Assembly (NCBI GenBank): GCA_963668315.1
Contig: OY764216.1
Span: 640,001-704,000, forward strand
Reading direction: 5' to 3'
Origin: Spirochaetia bacterium
GTDB lineage: Bacteria > Spirochaetota > Spirochaetia > DSM-2461
DNA: 64,000 bases
Below are positions 48,419-57,244 of the stretch, piece by piece; position 1 is the stretch's first letter; every line of letters begins with the position of its first letter. A program made the position numbers and the translations under genes. Below the pieces are notes generated by a model that worked only from the letters and a program-made list of their open reading frames with translations, was not told where the DNA came from and made no database searches.

Positions 48419-49164
48419 TGGAATCCAGTCTTGTGAACCGAATCAATATACTAGACGTACCGGTGGACATAGTCAAAGAGGAAGACCTTGAGAAGGTCAT
48501 AACAACCCTTTCAGAAAACGGCGGAATCAACCAGATCATTCTATTGGATTTTGTCGGATTCATGAAAGCCCGCCGCAGGAAAAGCGAGTGGCACCGGGCC
48601 CTTAAGGAAGCCGCTCTGATACTTCCCGTATCCCACCGCATTATCAATGCATCCCGGTTCCTGAAAAAAGAGAAACTTGTTCACTACAAAGGATTTGATT
48701 TTATTATCTCCCTGATGGGCATTCTGGAGAGCCGGAGAAAATCGGCCTATCTGGTGGGAACGACCAAAAAGCGGATTCAGAAATCCTTCACCAATCTGAA
48801 GAACTCCTTCCCCGATCTCCGATTCGTCGGAAGGCATCAGGGGAAATGGGACAGAGACAGGGAAGGGGACATCCTTATGGCAATCAAGAAAGCCTCCCCC
48901 ACCCTTCTCCTTGCGGGAAGAGGAATTAAAGGGAAGGATCTCTGGCTTCACCGTCACAAGGACGACTTTAACCCGGGCATTATCCTTTGGAACAAAAACT
49001 GTTACGAAATCATCGGGGGCCGAAAGGGCAAACCTTCGGAAACGGCAGCGTCCCGGTTCTTCCGCAATACGGCCAAATGCCTTTTCCTTCCCTGGCGCTG
49101 GGTAAGAATCTTCCGTCAGATCTGGTACTGGCTGCTGCTACTCTGGACAAGACTGTTCAGGTAG
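48418..49164 (+). CDS. WecB/TagA/CpsF family glycosyltransferase-like protein
   Basis: RINILDVPVD, FPDLRFVGRHQG, IKKASPTLLLAG; divergent member. Confidence 0.78.
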   Translation: MESSLVNRINILDVPVDIVKEEDLEKVITTLSENGGINQIILLDFVGFMKARRRKSEWHRALKEAALILPVSHRIINASRFLKKEKLVHYKGFDFIISLMGILESRRKSAYLVGTTKKRIQKSFTNLKNSFPDLRFVGRHQGKWDRDREGDILMAIKKASPTLLLAGRGIKGKDLWLHRHKDDFNPGIILWNKNCYEIIGGRKGKPSETAASRFFRNTAKCLFLPWRWVRIFRQIWYWLLLLWTRLFR

Positions 49165-49190
49165 CCCGACAGTCCGTCCCCTGTCTCTGA

Positions 49191-50459
49191 TTATTTATTT
49201 CTTATCAGAGACAAATCGCCCGTCTTAGCCGCTGCAAGAATGGGCCCCATAAAGGGGTCTACATCCTCCGCTTCCAGGGGAATGGGCATATTCTGCAGCT
49301 TCATCTTGAGCTGGGGGTCCTTCGCGGCAGCCAAAGCCCTCTCAATATACTTATCGCTGAACCCATCTACTTCGCCCAGAGTCAGGGGAAACCCGATTTT
49401 GCGGGAAAGACCGAACATGGCCCTGGCCGCTTCCAGGCCCAGCTCACGGCCGGAAAGACCGTCAAAATCAGCCTCGGAATAGCCGCACTCCCTGTAGAGA
49501 GAACCGATTTTCCTCAGGGAATCCTCCACTGCCGGAGCAAAGAATACGGTATAATAGGGATTCATCAAAGCACAGGCCCGGCCATGGCTCAGGAGGTCCA
49601 CAAGGGAGAAGCTGGTCAGGTGCCCCCCGTTCGTTCCTCCCACCATGATGGAGTAGCCACCAAGGTCCGTTGCCAGTCCGAGAGCTTCCCGGGCCCCGTA
49701 ATCCTCTCCGTTTTCCAATGCCTTGGGAAGATACTCGATAACCAGGCCGATGCAGGCCAGGGCGATCTCGAGACAGAGGTCATAATTATCCTTTCCGCTG
49801 GCACCGTAGAGAACTTCCAGGGAGTGGGACACCCCGTCCAGGGCGCCGTCCATGGTCAGGGAGGAAGGGGCTCCGCAGGTAACGGAATAGTCAAAAAAAG
49901 CGGCCTGGGGAACAATGGCCCCATCCACCACCAGTTTCTTCTGTCCCGTGGATACATCGGTGATGTTGGAGTATTTCGTCAGATGGGCCGCGCTGGAAGC
50001 CGCCGCCTGAATGGCGATATGGGGAGTGAGGGTTTTACCCGAAGCCGCCAGGGCCTCGGTAACTTTTCCCGTGCCGAAGTAATCCTCGATGGATCCGCCC
50101 AGCGTCCTCAGAACCTCGGCGGCTTTCACCAGATCGATGTTGCTGCCGCCGCCGAAGGTGATAAGCAGGTCCGGGTTTGCCTCGGTGATCGCTCTGGTGA
50201 TGCGGTCCAGATCCTCCCGCGGAGCGTTAGGCCTCCCTCCGGGGATTCTGGCCAGAAGCTTTACGCCGCCCTCTTCCAGGGCCGCCTCGATTTTGGCGAT
50301 CCATTCATCCGATCCGGAGAATCCGGAGTGGATCAGAACGGCCCGGCTGCCCAGTTTCGCGGCCGTTTCAGAGAGGCTGTCCAGGGCGTTTTTGCCATAT
50401 TTATATGAGTCACCCTTGAACTGCTTCAGCAGCGCGGCGGCTTTTTCTTTATTGGTCAT
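49191..50459 (-). CDS. Iron-containing alcohol dehydrogenase family protein
   Basis: RPNAP, GGGSNIDLVKA, DGVSHSLE, GGHLTS, SHGRAC. Confidence 0.85.
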   Translation of the reverse strand: MTNKEKAAALLKQFKGDSYKYGKNALDSLSETAAKLGSRAVLIHSGFSGSDEWIAKIEAALEEGGVKLLARIPGGRPNAPREDLDRITRAITEANPDLLITFGGGSNIDLVKAAEVLRTLGGSIEDYFGTGKVTEALAASGKTLTPHIAIQAAASSAAHLTKYSNITDVSTGQKKLVVDGAIVPQAAFFDYSVTCGAPSSLTMDGALDGVSHSLEVLYGASGKDNYDLCLEIALACIGLVIEYLPKALENGEDYGAREALGLATDLGGYSIMVGGTNGGHLTSFSLVDLLSHGRACALMNPYYTVFFAPAVEDSLRKIGSLYRECGYSEADFDGLSGRELGLEAARAMFGLSRKIGFPLTLGEVDGFSDKYIERALAAAKDPQLKMKLQNMPIPLEAEDVDPFMGPILAAAKTGDLSLIRNK

Positions 50460-50480
50460 CTATTCCATCCTTTAGGTCTG

Positions 50481-50500
50481 ATTGTCTTACAAAAGACAAT
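50481..50500. promoter_or_regulatory. Palindromic operator upstream of the Fe-ADH gene
   Basis: ATTGTCTT-ACAA-AAGACAAT; contains TTGT-N3-ACAA, a FadR/GntR-like box. Confidence 0.5.
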
Positions 50501-50585
50501 TCCACCGTAAAATCAACGTTTCTTAAAGGATAGGCAGAATGGAGGGGAAAATCAAGCACAGCTTGTGTTTCAATCCCCGATATAC

Positions 50586-50728
50586 AAAAAAAGGGGGAGT
50601 CTCCCCGCAGGAAAACGCCCCCTCGTCCTAGAGGTTTTTCACCCCATAACTTTCAATATCAATCACAATACACCTCCTGTACTTGCCCGGGCCGGACCAA
50701 TTCCCGCCCTCGCTTTATTTACCGGTAT
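50586..50728 (-). ncRNA. Candidate ~140-nt small transcript (sRNA or mRNA for a 12-aa peptide, 50628-50666)
   Basis: Minus-strand TATAAT at 50735-50740; CAGGAGGT RBS, GTG...TAG (MIDIESYGVKNL); GC stem plus U7 terminator at 50586-50623. Confidence 0.45.
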
Positions 50729-50794
50729 GATCCCATTATAGGCCCCATCCTCCCTCCCCGAAAGGGAAAAAACGCTTCCTTTTGTTTTTTCACC

Positions 50795-50940
50795 GGGCAG
50801 TCCCCCCTGCCGGGGGGCCCCGCTTTCCGCTAAACTCCTCGTCCCGGGGACCTCCGGCCCTTCCCCTCCTTCACGGGCTCACTCCGTTCCGCCCTTCCCT
50901 CGGGCCGTTCCTGCGGGGTACCGCTTCAATCGGTACTGCA
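50795..50940 (+). ncRNA. Structured RNA element resembling the Flavo-1 motif, copy 2
   Basis: GGGCAGT-CCCCCC/GGGGGG hairpin-CCCCGCTTTCCGCTAAACTCC...GGGGTACCGCTTCAATCGGTACTGCA; closing stem GCAGT/ACTGC. Confidence 0.6.
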
Positions 50941-50980
50941 AAAAGGAAAGGGAATTTTCAAATTTAACAGATCTTTACCC

Positions 50981-51009
50981 TTTACAAATAATAAACACGG
51001 AACTAAACT
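50981..51009 (+). promoter_or_regulatory. Sigma70 promoter for the leader peptide/CD3324 transcript
   Basis: TTTACA-N17-TAAACT. Confidence 0.6.
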
Positions 51010-51041
51010 GTTCAGACATTACATCTCACCGGAGGTTTCAA

Positions 51042-51110
51042 ATGATTAAATACGATTATGTCGCATCAGCAGCACGGGTGCAGGAAATCTGCCGGACCGC
51101 AGGGGAGTAA
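51042..51110 (+). CDS. 22-aa putative leader peptide (MIKYDYVASAARVQEICRTAGE)
   Basis: GGAGG RBS 6 nt upstream of the ATG; its 3' end can pair with the downstream anti-SD segment. Confidence 0.55.
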   Translation: MIKYDYVASAARVQEICRTAGE

Positions 51111-51221
51111 TTAAAACCTACCTCTCTCCTCATAGCAGTCCAGCAGAATCGGTAAACAGGTTCGATGACGGTTTGAACGAAGGAGTTCAAACGCACGCTA
51201 GCCCTTATGAGGAAACAAACC

Positions 51222-51512
51222 ATGTCATATCTAAAAGCGGAAGAGTGTCTTCCCGTAGAATTGGTTAAAGAAATACAGAAATATATTCAGGGTTCCCAGA
51301 TCTATATTCCCAGAATCGAGCAGTCACGCCTTTCCTGGGGAGAGAAGAACGGAACGAGAGATAAGATACGCGCCAGGAACGAGGACATCCGTCAGCTCAA
51401 AAGAGAGGGATGGACGATAAACGGCCTGGCCGACGAATACAATCTATCACCGGACAGCATCAGGAAGATTCTCTACTGCAGCAAAGAGACCCGGGAACGC
51501 AAAGCCAGTTGA
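51222..51512 (+). CDS. CD3324-family (Mor-like HTH) protein
   Basis: MSYLKAEECLPVELVKEIQKYIQG..IYIP...WGEKNGTR...RN..I...LADEYNLSPDSIRKI. Confidence 0.82.
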   Translation: MSYLKAEECLPVELVKEIQKYIQGSQIYIPRIEQSRLSWGEKNGTRDKIRARNEDIRQLKREGWTINGLADEYNLSPDSIRKILYCSKETRERKAS

Positions 51513-51579
51513 GATGAGCCGGGTAATCCGGCTCTCTCCGGTGATTGATAATCCCCCCTTCCCCCCGTATAATGGTGTT

Positions 51580-51855
51580 ATGAAAAAACTTCTCGAACTC
51601 CGCGAATCCCTGGACAGAATTGACCAGAATCTCATAGAACTGATTGCCGAACGTTTCCGCATAACCGGGGAAGTCGGCCTTCTGAAGAAAAAGGAAAATC
51701 TGCCCTCCACCGATCCCGAAAGGGAATCAAGGCAGATGGAACGGATCTCTCAAATTGCCTCTGACGCGGGTCTGGACCCTGAAATCGCCCGGAAGATCCT
51801 ACGCCTTCTTATCGACGAAGCGGTCAGAAATCACGACAGGATCAAGAAATCCTAG
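51580..51855 (+). CDS. Chorismate mutase (AroQ type), apparently leaderless
   Basis: LRESLDRID...ER....VG.LKK...DPERE; TTGATA-N17-TATAAT ends 6 nt before the ATG. Confidence 0.88.
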   Translation: MKKLLELRESLDRIDQNLIELIAERFRITGEVGLLKKKENLPSTDPERESRQMERISQIASDAGLDPEIARKILRLLIDEAVRNHDRIKKS

Positions 51856-51989
51856 GCAAAATATTTCAACATTCCATTTGATTTTCTTCTCCCGATATGG
51901 TATTATGAAAAGATTTAGACTGGAAAAGCGATAATTATCGGTAGTGAGAGCTTTTCCCATTATAGAATAAAGTTTACCGAGGAGAAAAA

Positions 51990-53414
51990 GTGGTAAAAAA
52001 AGACTTCCCCCTTGTTCACTACTATGACCAGGATTTTGTTGATATATATGAGCGTTCCTGGGTGTGGCTGAGCGATTTCCTGAACAAGGGCACAGCAGCA
52101 AACGGATTCGGTCCTTTCTATTTCAAGTATCCCGAAGGAACGACTATTAATTTATTCGAGACCTACATGGCCTCCTTCTTTCTCGTCTATAACAGCCGGA
52201 ACTTTCCCGTCTCCAACATCTTAGACATCTTCTACATGAAACAGGAGGAGAATGGCGCCATACGTTGCGAATACGACGATGAGACAGGAAAACCGGTTAC
52301 ATCCGATGACAATCCCGAAGGGCTATGCCCTCCTCTCTTTGCCTGGGTTGAATACAACCTCTATCATAAGGTAGGAGCTAAAAAGCGCATCAAAGAGGTC
52401 ATGCCCAGACTGGAAAAGTATTACGAGTGGATCGAGGAGAACTGGAAGGATGAAGCTTCCGGCTTCTATAAGGTGCCCCTTTCCGCCACCATGATGGGAG
52501 ATTCTCCCCGAGGCGATAGCGTCTATTTCGTGGATTTCAACGCCCAGATGGCGGTCAACTCCCTTTATATGGCAGCTCTCGGCGACGTTCTGAATGACAA
52601 GGAACTAAGCTTTAAATATAAAAAGAAATATTTTTCCCTTAAAACCCGTATCTCCAGCAAAATGTGGGATAAGGACGACTGCTTCTATTATGACCTGGAC
52701 GAGAACCTCGAACCGGTTAAATTGAAGACCATCGCCGCCTACTGGCCCCTTCTGGCAGAGATCCCCAACGAAGAGAGAGCCGAAGCCATCATCGCTCACC
52801 TGAGAGATCCCGAACTCTTCGGCGGTCCCAACCCCTTTCCCACGGTGGCGATCAACGAACCCTGCTTCAAGGAAGAGGGAGACGGCTGCAACGGATCGGT
52901 CTATCCCGCCTTTACTTTTATGGTAATCAAGGCTCTGGAAAAATACGGCAAATACGAAATGTCCCGTGAAATGTCCATTAAGCATATTTATTCCATTCTG
53001 GACACCTTCCATCCGGTAAGCGGCAAAAAGGGAACCCTGTGGGAAGCCTACGCCCCTCTGACAGACGGACCGGCCAAGATCAACGGCGGGCTTGATGACA
53101 ACAGGAAACTCTATCTGGGATGCACCGGCCTTTCCACCATCGCTCTGATGATAGAGAATGTCATCGGCCTCTATATCAGTCTTCCCAGAAAAACGGTAGA
53201 CTGGATTGTTCCCACCCTCGAGGTCATGGGAATCGAAGATCTGAACCTGAAACGGAACAAAATTACCATTCTCAGCAACAAGAGCGGAAGAGGCTGGGAA
53301 ATCCGCCTTGAATCGGAAAAACTCTACTATTTTACCATCGATATTCTGGGGGAAAAGAAAAAAACCCTCCCCATTCCTTCGGGTAAATGTTCGATGCTTA
53401 TTGATAAGCTGTAA
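51990..53414 (+). CDS. MGH1/GH63-like (alpha/alpha)6 glycoside hydrolase domain protein
   Basis: PPLFAWVEY, GDSPR, VDFNAQM, MWD....YYD, KTIAAYWPLLA, LWEAYAP; GTG start with GAGGAG RBS. Confidence 0.75.
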   Translation: MVKKDFPLVHYYDQDFVDIYERSWVWLSDFLNKGTAANGFGPFYFKYPEGTTINLFETYMASFFLVYNSRNFPVSNILDIFYMKQEENGAIRCEYDDETGKPVTSDDNPEGLCPPLFAWVEYNLYHKVGAKKRIKEVMPRLEKYYEWIEENWKDEASGFYKVPLSATMMGDSPRGDSVYFVDFNAQMAVNSLYMAALGDVLNDKELSFKYKKKYFSLKTRISSKMWDKDDCFYYDLDENLEPVKLKTIAAYWPLLAEIPNEERAEAIIAHLRDPELFGGPNPFPTVAINEPCFKEEGDGCNGSVYPAFTFMVIKALEKYGKYEMSREMSIKHIYSILDTFHPVSGKKGTLWEAYAPLTDGPAKINGGLDDNRKLYLGCTGLSTIALMIENVIGLYISLPRKTVDWIVPTLEVMGIEDLNLKRNKITILSNKSGRGWEIRLESEKLYYFTIDILGEKKKTLPIPSGKCSMLIDKL

Positions 53415-53427
53415 ATTATCCGGATAT

Positions 53428-53462
53428 AAAAAAAGGGGCTGTCATAGGACAGTCCCTTTTTT
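53428..53462. terminator. Bidirectional intrinsic terminator
   Basis: A7-GGGGCTGTC-ATAG-GACAGTCCC-T6 between convergent genes. Confidence 0.85.
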
Positions 53463-53524
53463 CTTTATGGCGGTAGTCCCCATGTTTTTAGGGACCCCCG
53501 TATTTTCAGTTGATTTCACTTCGC

Positions 53525-53953
53525 TTAAGCTTGGGGATAATCGAGACTGGCTGCAAACTGATAGGACCCTATGGTCATGACAGCCTTTTCCGTTCCGCCC
53601 CTGTGAAGTTTGGATTTAAGCTCAGCATTGATCAGATCAACAACGCCGTCTCTGTTTTCACTGATGATGGCCGTCAGCTGCTCTCTGATCTCCTGGTTTA
53701 CGGGAGGAGGCAGAAGAAATTCATTATCATCATCGTCTTCGATGACTTCATTCAGAAGGTAGCCTGACTCAATACCGTTCGATTCAAATACGGCAAGGAT
53801 ATCGGCGGAGGGAGTTACGGTGATCACCCGGACCGGTTCGTATGTAAGCTCGGTCTGGCTGAAGCTGACGTCTTCCTGTGTCTCGGCGGCGCCGTTGGCC
53901 CAAAGTCCTAATGCTGCTAAAGAAATAATAAGAAATAAAACTGTACGTTTCAT
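53525..53953 (-). CDS. Hypothetical secreted protein
   Basis: AGGAG RBS; signal peptide ending LWA-NGAAE; acidic mature part. Confidence 0.65.
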   Translation of the reverse strand: MKRTVLFLIISLAALGLWANGAAETQEDVSFSQTELTYEPVRVITVTPSADILAVFESNGIESGYLLNEVIEDDDDNEFLLPPPVNQEIREQLTAIISENRDGVVDLINAELKSKLHRGGTEKAVMTIGSYQFAASLDYPQA

Positions 53954-54059
53954 ATAAACGCTCCTGTTCAATTGATTTCGACCCCTGACGGATCGTTGAA
54001 TCAAATATAACAAGAATGAAAACAGGTGAGGTTAACACCCGTATAACAGTAATATAAAA

Positions 54060-54092
54060 GGAGGTTAAATCCTCTTTCAAGATTTAACCTCC
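54060..54092 (-). terminator. Terminator after lysC
   Basis: GGAGGTTAAATC/GATTTAACCTCC inverted repeat with an A-run on its left. Confidence 0.7.
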
Positions 54093-54100
54093 CCTTAACC

Positions 54101-55477
54101 TTAGCCGAGGAAAGTCTCGTGAATGGCGTTTAACGCGGTTTCTCTCTGTTCCTTTCTGATAACCAGAGAGATGTTTTTTTCCGTAGATCCCTGGGCGATG
54201 GCAAGAATATTAACCTTTTTATTCCCCAGGGCACTGAACAGACGGCCGGAAAGACCTACCTGTCCCTTCATATTGTCACCGATAACCGCAATCAGTTCCA
54301 GTTCCCGCTGAATCCCTATGCGCTGTATGCGCTGAGCCGCGATGACATCGGCCAGATCCTTTTCCAGCTTGGCCTTTGCTTTCTCCGCCTCCGACTGGCG
54401 GCAGACGATGCAGATGCTGTGTTCCGAAGATGCCTGGCTGATCATGATGACATTCACCTGAGCATCGGCCAGGGAGGTAAATATCCGGGAAGCCACGCCG
54501 GGCATCCCCACCATACCACCTCCAATAATATTCACCAGCGCCACCTTTTCAATAGACGCGATTCCCGTAATCGGCGTATCCCGCAGGGGCTTCTCCCCCG
54601 AAATGATTGTCCCCGGCGCATCGAGGTTCATGGTATTTTTGATGATGACGGGTATTTCTTTCTCCACAGTGGGTATCAATGTGGAAGGATGAATGACCTC
54701 GGCCCCGAAATAGGAGAGCTCCTGGGCCTCCTCAATGCTGAGCCTGTCAATTACCTGGGCGGAGGGAACCACCCGGGGATCGGCGGTCAGCACGCCGTCG
54801 ACATCCGTCCATATTTCGCAGCAGTCGGCTTCCACTCCGGCAGCGACGATGCTGGCCGTGTAATCACTTCCGTTTCTGCCCAGAGTGGTTGTATATCCCT
54901 GCTCACTGGAGGCGATAAACCCGGTGATGATTGCCATCCCGTCTAGATTTTCGGTTCTCTTCTTAATCAGTTTATATGTTTCTTGGAAATCCACCGAACC
55001 GCTTCCGAAGTTACTGTCGGTCCGTATGATTTCCCTTCCGTCAATAAATTCCGCCTTGCGGCCCAGATTGTTCATATAGGCGGTAACAACGGTACAGTTC
55101 AGCCTTTCGCCGAAGCTCATGATTAAATCCAGGGAACGGAGGGAACACTCTCTTATCAAGGCCACACCGTGAAGGATATCGTGGTACTCTTCAAGCATGG
55201 TGCTGATTTTTTCACCGGTCTCTTTCAGCAGATTTTCCTCGGTGACCAGGGCCGCCAGGGTATCGTTTGTCTTTTTTTCCACCTGCCGATAAAAATCGAG
55301 ATAGGAGGGATCCCCCTTTTCCGCCGCCAGGGCCGAATCGATGAGAGTGTTGGTAATCCCCTTCATAGCCGAAAGAACAATATATTTATTCTCCTCAGAG
55401 AGAAGAATTATCCGCACAACCGATTTAATCTTTTCGCTGTCCCCAACGGAACTGCCTCCGAATTTCAAGACTTTCAT
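54101..55477 (-). CDS. lysC: Monofunctional aspartate kinase with two ACT domains (similar to the ThrA kinase moiety)
   Basis: MKVLKFGGSSV, TTLGRNGSDY, WTDVDG..TADPR, ELSYFGAEVIHP, MISQASSEHSI. Confidence 0.93.
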   Translation of the reverse strand: MKVLKFGGSSVGDSEKIKSVVRIILLSEENKYIVLSAMKGITNTLIDSALAAEKGDPSYLDFYRQVEKKTNDTLAALVTEENLLKETGEKISTMLEEYHDILHGVALIRECSLRSLDLIMSFGERLNCTVVTAYMNNLGRKAEFIDGREIIRTDSNFGSGSVDFQETYKLIKKRTENLDGMAIITGFIASSEQGYTTTLGRNGSDYTASIVAAGVEADCCEIWTDVDGVLTADPRVVPSAQVIDRLSIEEAQELSYFGAEVIHPSTLIPTVEKEIPVIIKNTMNLDAPGTIISGEKPLRDTPITGIASIEKVALVNIIGGGMVGMPGVASRIFTSLADAQVNVIMISQASSEHSICIVCRQSEAEKAKAKLEKDLADVIAAQRIQRIGIQRELELIAVIGDNMKGQVGLSGRLFSALGNKKVNILAIAQGSTEKNISLVIRKEQRETALNAIHETFLG

Positions 55478-55653
55478 GATACCTCTTTTTACTCCTCCCT
55501 GACATAAAAAGAGAGAAGATTCCGGATAAAGATAACATAGGGCTGTATATTTATACAAGATGGAAAAAATCTTTACGGGGAAGTAAAATATTCCATAAAA
55601 GCGCCACACTTAACGCATTGACAGTAAATATCAGCAAAGGTAAATTTGAACCC

Positions 55654-56937
55654 ATGAGTTGTACTAACAGTTATGAAATAATCGGCCGCCGGCCCATCAA
55701 GGGCACAATACAAGCCAGCGGCAATAAAAACGCCGCCCTGCCCTGCATTGCGGCCACTCTGCTGACCGATGAACCGGTCATTCTCCGCAACCTGCCCGAG
55801 ATAGAAGATGTCCATGTCATGCTGGAAATTCTTACCCACCTTGGTAGCCAGGTTGAAAAACTTGAAAACCATTCATATAAGATCACAACCCTTAATATAA
55901 AAAGTTGTGAAATATCCCGGGAAGATTCGGCCAAAGTGAGAGCGTCCATTCTCTTTGCCGGCCCCCTGATGGGACGGCTTAAAGAAGTCATCCTGCCCCC
56001 TCCCGGCGGAGATGTTATCGGACGCCGCCGTCTGGATACCCATTTTCTTGCTCTGAACGCTCTTGGAGCTCAGGTTGAGACAAACGGCGTGTTCCATATA
56101 ATAGCCGATAAGCTGACCGGATCTGATATCTTTCTCGACGAAGCTTCCGTTACGGCCACAGAGAACGCCATCATGGCCGCCGCCCTGGCCGAAGGGGAAA
56201 CGATTCTCCGCAATGCCGCCAGCGAACCCCATGTTCAGGACCTTTGCCAGATGCTCAACAGTATGGGAGCGGAAATAACCGGGATCGGTTCGAATATCCT
56301 TTATATCAAGGGGAAAAAGAAACTTCACGGGGCGGAATTCTCCATCGGGGCGGATTTCATGGAAGTGGGCTCCTTTATCGGTCTGGCTGCTGCGACCGGA
56401 GGAGAGATCGAAATTCTCAAGGCTGATCCGCAGCACCTGAGAATGTGCCGGCTGTCCTTCGCCAAACTCGGAATCAGCTGGGAGGACGACGGCTCTACCG
56501 TATTTGTTCCGTCAAAGCAGAGAATGACGGTTGTTCCCGACATGGGAGGAATGATTCCCACCATCGACGATGCCCCGTGGCCCGGCTTTCCCGCCGATCT
56601 CACCAGCATCATGACGGTAGTGGCTACACAGGTACAGGGTACCGTGCTTATCCATGAAAAGATGTTTGAATCCCGCATGTTCTTTGTGGATAAACTCATC
56701 GGCATGGGAGCTGGAATAATCCTCTGTGATCCCCATAGAGCCGTTGTATCGGGCCCCTCCCATCTCACCGGGGATAACCTTGTTTCCCCCGATGTCAGGG
56801 CCGGCATGGCCATGGTTATCGCCGCTCTCTGTGCGGAAGGGAAAAGTGTTATCAACAACGTTTACCAGATTGAAAGGGGTTATGAAAATCTGGCGAAAAG
56901 ACTATCTGACTTGGGTGCAGAAATTACCAGATTGTAG
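55654..56937 (+). CDS. murA: UDP-N-acetylglucosamine 1-carboxyvinyltransferase, Cys-to-Asp active-site variant
   Basis: [49 protein letters not shown]; leaderless start after TTGACA-N17-TAAATT. Confidence 0.95.
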   Translation: MSCTNSYEIIGRRPIKGTIQASGNKNAALPCIAATLLTDEPVILRNLPEIEDVHVMLEILTHLGSQVEKLENHSYKITTLNIKSCEISREDSAKVRASILFAGPLMGRLKEVILPPPGGDVIGRRRLDTHFLALNALGAQVETNGVFHIIADKLTGSDIFLDEASVTATENAIMAAALAEGETILRNAASEPHVQDLCQMLNSMGAEITGIGSNILYIKGKKKLHGAEFSIGADFMEVGSFIGLAAATGGEIEILKADPQHLRMCRLSFAKLGISWEDDGSTVFVPSKQRMTVVPDMGGMIPTIDDAPWPGFPADLTSIMTVVATQVQGTVLIHEKMFESRMFFVDKLIGMGAGIILCDPHRAVVSGPSHLTGDNLVSPDVRAGMAMVIAALCAEGKSVINNVYQIERGYENLAKRLSDLGAEITRL

Positions 56938-56975
56938 AAATCTTCTAAACTCTTATTTTGTAAGAACTTTGAGAG

Positions 56976-57244
56976 TTATTCAGATAGTTTTCCACAGTTT
57001 TCCACAGTTATCCCAACTTTATCCACAAGTTATTCAGTAAAACACTTATGAGGCCTTTGTTCATTTTATTCAGCAAAGGCCTCACTAAATTCAGCTTTAT
57101 TTCATTATATAGAAAGCTTTTAAGCGATTGCCTGTAAGAATGATAACTAATATTAGGTTTTTTTTATGTTAATCGTTGGTTTTTGTAAGTATCGCCGGAA
57201 AGGGATTTATTCAGTTTTCCACAAGTTATCCACAGTTATCCCCA
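56976..57244. promoter_or_regulatory. DnaA-box clusters flanking an AT-rich tract (oriC-like locus)
   Basis: TTTTCCACA at 56988, 56998, 57215; TTATCCACA at 57019, 57226; near matches TTATCCCAA 57008, TTATCCCCA 57236, TTATTCAG. 56976, 57030, 57207; all in the same orientation. Confidence 0.75.

Noticed and set aside
50782..50967. 61-aa ORF over the second structured element
   Set aside because: No RBS, Pro/Arg-rich translation of GC stems; better explained as structured RNA.
55478..55653. Lysine riboswitch upstream of lysC
   Set aside because: The interval is short, AT-rich and shared with the divergent murA promoter; no L-box stems are visible.
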